DNA of 64,000 nucleotides. It comes from Chrysomallon squamiferum. Lineage: Eukaryota; Animalia; Mollusca. Each line of letters starts with the position of its first letter. The first letter of the stretch is position 1. The notes beneath the pieces are model-generated. The model was not told the origin of the DNA. It did not search any database and saw only the letters and a program-made list of their open reading frames with translations. Of this stretch, positions 59,887-64,000 are shown piece after piece. The DNA lies in assembly GCA_012295275.1 (NCBI GenBank), contig CM022673.1:20894001-20958000 (forward strand). The letters run 5' to 3'. Position numbers and translations under genes: made by a program.

Positions 59887-60582
59887 CAATTTAAAAAAAA
59901 ACCAGATTTTGTATGTGCTCAGACTGGAACTGTTTAGGCTACTTTGAATACAATTTATATACTTTTTATATTCTAAGAAATAAAGCATTACCAAATTACT
60001 ATACAAAACCTGTTTAATTACTTAGTGCATTTTATTTTGCCTTTAAAAAGAAATTCATTTATTCATTTTATGTGATGCAAATGCTACACAGAAAATGGTC
60101 TTGGTAGTATTTCTAGACACGATAAACTGAATACTCTATTTATAAATATTCATGTTTGAAGTCATGAATTTTTAGGTAAGGAAGTAGGAAACAATTACAA
60201 ACAGGTGTTGAATATGCACCATTTTATTTGTTTGAATATTAATATTAAAATCTAGTTTTAACATGGAGTGAGTCTCTAATTGTTCAGTTACCAAAATAAG
60301 TATACAAGAGGAATAGTATATTTTATTCGTCAAGTTTAAAAGTGATTTTAAATCTGTTGTTTAATAAGATAATGTTTTTAATTTTTTCTTCTTTTTTTTA
60401 AGATTTTTAATTTCAAAAGTGCCTGTTTTAAAGATTTGTTCCTGTTGTTATTATGTTGTGCACTAATTCTTTCTTTCTTTTTAAATTCCAGCCTGATGTT
60501 GACAAAAATTAATCAGTGTCATGGTCATAAAGGTCAGAGGTCATGACCTGTTGCATCCAAGGTCACACTTTCTGTGGGGATC

Positions 60583-63572
60583 ATGGCTGAGCAAGAACGT
60601 CATGATGGCAGCTTTGTGAACCCTGTTTTCCCAAGTCTGGGGGAAAGTTTCTCTTCTGGGGAGGAATATTTGTATCAGGAAAAAGCTGAAGGTTATGACT
60701 ATGAATTTGAACCTGTTCCAGACTCCAAATATGAATGTGCCATTTGTTTATTTATCCTCCGAGACCCCCAGCAGACAAAATGTGGTCACAGGTTTTGTCA
60801 GCGGTGTATCATGAAATGGTTTAGGTACGTTTAAATTGTCTGCTTGATTTAAAATACTCTTGGGGAAAAAAAAATATTTATAGATTTTCGCTATAGTATA
60901 TTATGAAGCAGTTATATTAATTTGATTTATCTGAGAAAATTTTGGATAAGTTAGGAAAAGATAACATTATTTGAAGTCATAAGTTAGTGAAAGAAATAAA
61001 CAATGAGTGATATATTTGGAATTTATTTTCTTGTGTACCCATAGGCTACTTTAGCCAAAAGTATAATATTTTAATGTTTTTTTTAAATCTATTATTATAA
61101 TTTATGATACTGCTAATTTAAACATGATTGGAAATGTAGAAGTTATGTTTCCAGTATGTAGAATTTTTAATTTGGTGCCTCAGACTGGATTACCAGAGCT
61201 TAACTATACAGTCATAATGAAAACAATTTTTTAGACAGAATATACTGTATTTAAATTGAATTTAGAAGATTTAATAAGTAAGTCGCAGATTAAGACAAAC
61301 CGCTCAGTCAAATAATTCACAAGCTCGAGAGAACATATATTAAATTACTTTTTGAAAGCTGATTTAAAAAAATTAATGTAATATAATGGTTACAATTATT
61401 TTACATTTTACTAGACTTCTTTTGGTATTCAAAATTTAACAGTGATTTAGATAATGTGAACATTTTACAGTGTAAACAAATAGCATAGGTCCTAATATTT
61501 CCATATAATTGTTTTTGTGTGAGATAGTTAAATAATATTTTTCTTTTTCATTACATCATTTCATGCAAGGAAACGCCCACATCCACAAATCAACATCCAC
61601 TATATTATATATAATGTATTTACAGCTATAATACACTTTCAGTAAACAGTTACTTGAGAAATCAGAGAACATGTATTCAAAATGTCTTGTATTTCCAAAC
61701 AGTTTTTCATTAATGGTTTTAGTAAATGGGTTTTAGTTAACTTCTCATCATTAATTTTATTTTCTTCAAAAATCCGCAATTTGTCAACTATTTGTCTCTT
61801 TTTCCTTCTTTTTCTCTCCATTTCTTCATGTTTCTCTCTCCATTTCTTCATGTTTCTCCCCTCTTTCCACATCTTTCTTCTGATTTTTCTCAGTCTTTCT
61901 CTCTCTCTCGCTCTCTCTTTCCCTCTGTCTCTTTCCCTCTCCCTTTCCCTCTCTCTTTCCCTCTCTCTCTTTCTTCTCACACACACACTCATTTTTTCTT
62001 GTTTGAATTGTTGGTTTGACAGTATGAAGTACTTCCCTGTTGTTGACCCTCTCTCTCCAGGTAATGTTATTGTCATGCAACAATGGTCACTGATATTATT
62101 ATAACTTTTTTTTTTAATTTATGAACATTGCCTGTAAATTATGAATCAAAAGAAGCTATTGTTTTTACATTATGTAAATAAATGAAACTATGTAGTTCAT
62201 AAATGGCCATATTTTTAAACCTGATAAATTTAGATAAAAATGTGTCGCCTTGATTATGAAGGAAAATCTTTAAGTTGCTTTTTGACTTCCTTGTTCTGAT
62301 GACCCGAATAAACATCTAGGTGTTCAGTTACTGGGTTTAAATAACAAAAACAGTTCAAAAGTATTTCATAAGCACAGGTAAGTTGGTTACAAGAAAATCA
62401 GCATTCATATTTATTGAAGTTAAGTTTTTAATAATATTAAATTGTAGACTACTTAATAATAAACAAATTAGCTTTCTATATATATATATTATAATTGAAC
62501 AATGTTTTTATTTATAGACTTAAAGAGGCATGATAAGCTCAGGATCAGTATTCCACATTACTCTTACTGAGTAATTTCCAGTTCCAACATGCTGAATTGT
62601 AGATCATTGATTATTGTTTTTTATTAATATTTTTTGCTATTGTTTAACTCATTATTTCCTAATTACCAGAAATTCCTTTTATGTTGATGTTACTGAACTG
62701 ATGTTTTTAATTCAGGGAATCTGAATGGAGGTGTCCTGTTGATAATGAACCACTAGAAGAAACAGACTTGTTTCCAGATAACTTTGCTAAAAGAGAAATC
62801 CTCAACTTCAGACTGCGATGTCCCAATAACAAACAAGGCTGTGATAATTTAATTGTTCTCCGAGATATCCAGGTGATTGTTGGATATATATTTTACACAC
62901 ACATACATGCACACATACACTTACTTTATGTATGCACTGACATCATAGAAATTCAAAATCTTTATTTTGTATACAAGAAAAATTTAAGAGAAATCCTATT
63001 CTGCAGTAATATAGTTAAAATTTCATACATTTACTGAAATATATAGTAAATGATTTCACATTAAACACCCTTTATTTTATTTTTTTTTTTAATTTCAGAA
63101 TCATTTAAACTTGTGTCCATTTGCTTTTGTACCATGTCCAAATAAGTGTTCAGATATTCTCATTCGACGTGACCTGCCAAATCACATACAGTTCAAGTGT
63201 TCTCGCCGACAGATTACCTGTCCTAACTGTCAACTGACAATCACTGCTGATGACACTGAGGTATTTAATGTCATTTGTTTAAATTTGTATCACACCTAAG
63301 ATACATCACATAAACACACACATACCTACAAACTCCAAACCCTGACTCCACATTCAACCCCCAGGTGCATGTTAAAAAACCCACACATCTTCACAGTTAC
63401 TGACACACATGCACAACCACATATACAAGCACATATCCCATTGTAAAAAATACATACAAGCATGGTTCAAACTGTAAATAAATAAAACATTATGTTTCAG
63501 AATCACCAGAGAATGTGTCCTATGGTTAAAATGTTATGTCAGTATTGTGGAACAAACCTTATGAGACAAGAG
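60583..63572 (+). CDS. TRAF6: TNF receptor-associated factor 6, N-terminal part (RING + zinc fingers); continues beyond the right edge
   Basis: Exons 60583-60824 (GYDYEFEPVPDSKYECAICLFILRDPQQTKCGHRFC), 62716-62872 (CPVDNEPL...LFPDNFAKREIL), 63099-63260 and 63501-63572. The motifs are TRAF6-characteristic. Confidence 0.92.
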
Positions 63573-64000
63573 GTGAGATACTAAAATGTGAGGTACAAAC
63601 ACACATGTAAAGTTTAAATATATTCTTTATATTTTATTTGCTAAGCATGTTTAGAAAATGAAAAGAAGCTGGCATTTTCCTTTTATCATGATTTTATTTT
63701 TGTTTGGTGGAAATTTAAAATAAAGCATTGACAAAAATTGCACTTATTTTGATTCAAACTATCAGGTGATTTTATGATAATAACTGTTAAAAATTTAATA
63801 CATGATATTATACATGATATTATAAAAGAGATAGTTATTTAATTGCATGTTTTATCAGTAGTAAATATTATTAGCACTGTTTTTAATGTACCATTATTGA
63901 GTGATATGAGTAACAGGTAGAGTAAAAATGAACGGATGCGACATATTAAATAACCACAGTAGTTTGGAGAGAAATCACTGCAAGTATTGCAGAGTTGTCA

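Overview
AT-rich, microsatellite-dense animal genomic DNA with GT-AG spliced genes. It is probably a lophotrochozoan, most likely a mollusc (inferred from gene content, not shown). Most short ORFs in the supplied track are simple-repeat artefacts or single exons. Hand-assembled gene order: DRAM/TMEM150-like A (-, runs off the left edge); PAN-sushi-GON gene A (+, 1-nt frameshift); PAN-sushi-GON gene B (-, 26-nt deletion); a decayed FLYWCH/MULE transposon; DRAM/TMEM150-like B (+); a small orphan secreted-peptide-like ORF (-); a signal peptide + Kelch propeller + cytochrome b561 fusion gene (+); a spliced bacterial-type GHL10 (YddW/DigH/YngK-like) glycoside hydrolase (-); CTR9 (+), with a three-exon SPILE-like TALE homeobox gene nested antisense in its largest intron; and the 5' part of TRAF6 (+, runs off the right edge). 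Best leads: the Kelch-cytochrome b561 fusion lying tail-to-tail with the likely horizontally acquired GHL10, the nested TALE homeobox gene, and the mirror-image DRAM-GON/GON-DRAM duplication with patchy gene conversion. Family calls come from motif recognition by eye and no database searches were run. Exon coordinates are hand-counted and may be off by a few bases.
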